NCBI RefSeq assembly: GCF_963921235.1
Contig: NC_086097.1
Location: 230,580,001 to 230,644,000 of the forward strand
Origin: Mobula hypostoma
Taxonomy: Eukaryota
Reading direction: 5' to 3'
DNA: 64,000 nucleotides
Shown piece after piece: positions 63,267-64,000 of this stretch (positions are counted from its first letter, which is position 1; each line of letters starts with the position of its first letter). The notes under the pieces were generated by a model that was not told the origin of the DNA, ran no database searches, and saw nothing but the letters and a program-made list of their open reading frames with translations. The translations under genes and the position numbers were made by a program.

Positions 63267-64000
63267 ATTTGCATGAAGCATAAGTTAAATGGCTCTTATT
63301 CAAGTAAGTTGAAATTGTCCTCAGATAAATTTTGTCCATGAAATATCAGCTTACTTGGTAGGCAGTGTAAAGGCATTGTCTGCAATCTCTCAAAACATGC
63401 AGTGTATTGTAAAGTTTTTTTTGCAGAACTTTTATTTCTCAGTTGTTTTATATATTTCCGTATGGATATGGGTATCATTATCATCATTATGGCCCTGTCT
63501 GACCTGTCAAAACACAGGCACTAAATTAAATTCATTACATTTTCACAGCACAGAAAGTTAAAAAATTACCATTTTCTTGTCTCCGTGCGACTGGGTTTGT
63601 GAGTTATGCTAGGAAGTCATGGATGCAACAGTGCAAGAAATAAGGTTCAGTGAAGGATCAAAGGTGTCTCCTCACCTTCAAGGTAGAAACTGGAAAAATA
63701 TGGATTTGGGGGATCCGGAAGAAATCAGTTTGAAAGAGTTAAGAATCAAAACTGTTTTTTTAAAAATACCTTCCGAGGATCAACTGCTTTTGTTCATTGA
63801 AATTAATTGGTGGCAAGGAGATGACACCTGAGGTACACAAGTATATTACTGTTTATACTTAGTAAGAAGGTTAGGGCCAGTAGATGAGATGGAATTGTCT
63901 GTACTGTTAACTCATCACTCACCAATGTAATTAAACATACTAATGAGTGTATAAATTCCCTTTCAGTTTCCCAGTAAATGCTTGCTCAGAATTCAGCTAT

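Noticed and set aside
1..64000. Prokaryotic-type systems (operons, CRISPR arrays, retrons, defence islands)
   Set aside because: The sequence is repeat-rich vertebrate DNA; there is no regularly spaced repeat-spacer array, and the RT fragments belong to CR1, Rex1/Babar, Gypsy or Penelope elements.

Overview
This is vertebrate nuclear DNA, most likely intronic or intergenic sequence from a cartilaginous fish (probably a ray). That assignment is inferred only from the repeat landscape: abundant CR1, Rex1/Babar, V-SINE/Deu-SINE-like and Neptune-type Penelope elements. More than half of the window is decayed transposable elements: CR1 and Rex1/Babar LINE fragments, three solo LTRs with 4-bp TSDs, a Gypsy pol fragment, Tc1/mariner derivatives, tRNA-derived SINEs, and a non-autonomous family with an AAGATGGCG head. 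I recognise no host protein-coding gene; only a speculative minus-strand exon chain can be built. The strongest signal is a Penelope-like (GIY-YIG) retroelement family whose 3' repeat carries a minimal hammerhead ribozyme (about 10 copies, intact core at 59112-59147). Four of its insertions are two-armed inverted structures with both 3' ends facing outward, each inside a single 11-15 bp TSD. Boundaries were read by eye and are approximate unless a TSD or TIR is quoted.
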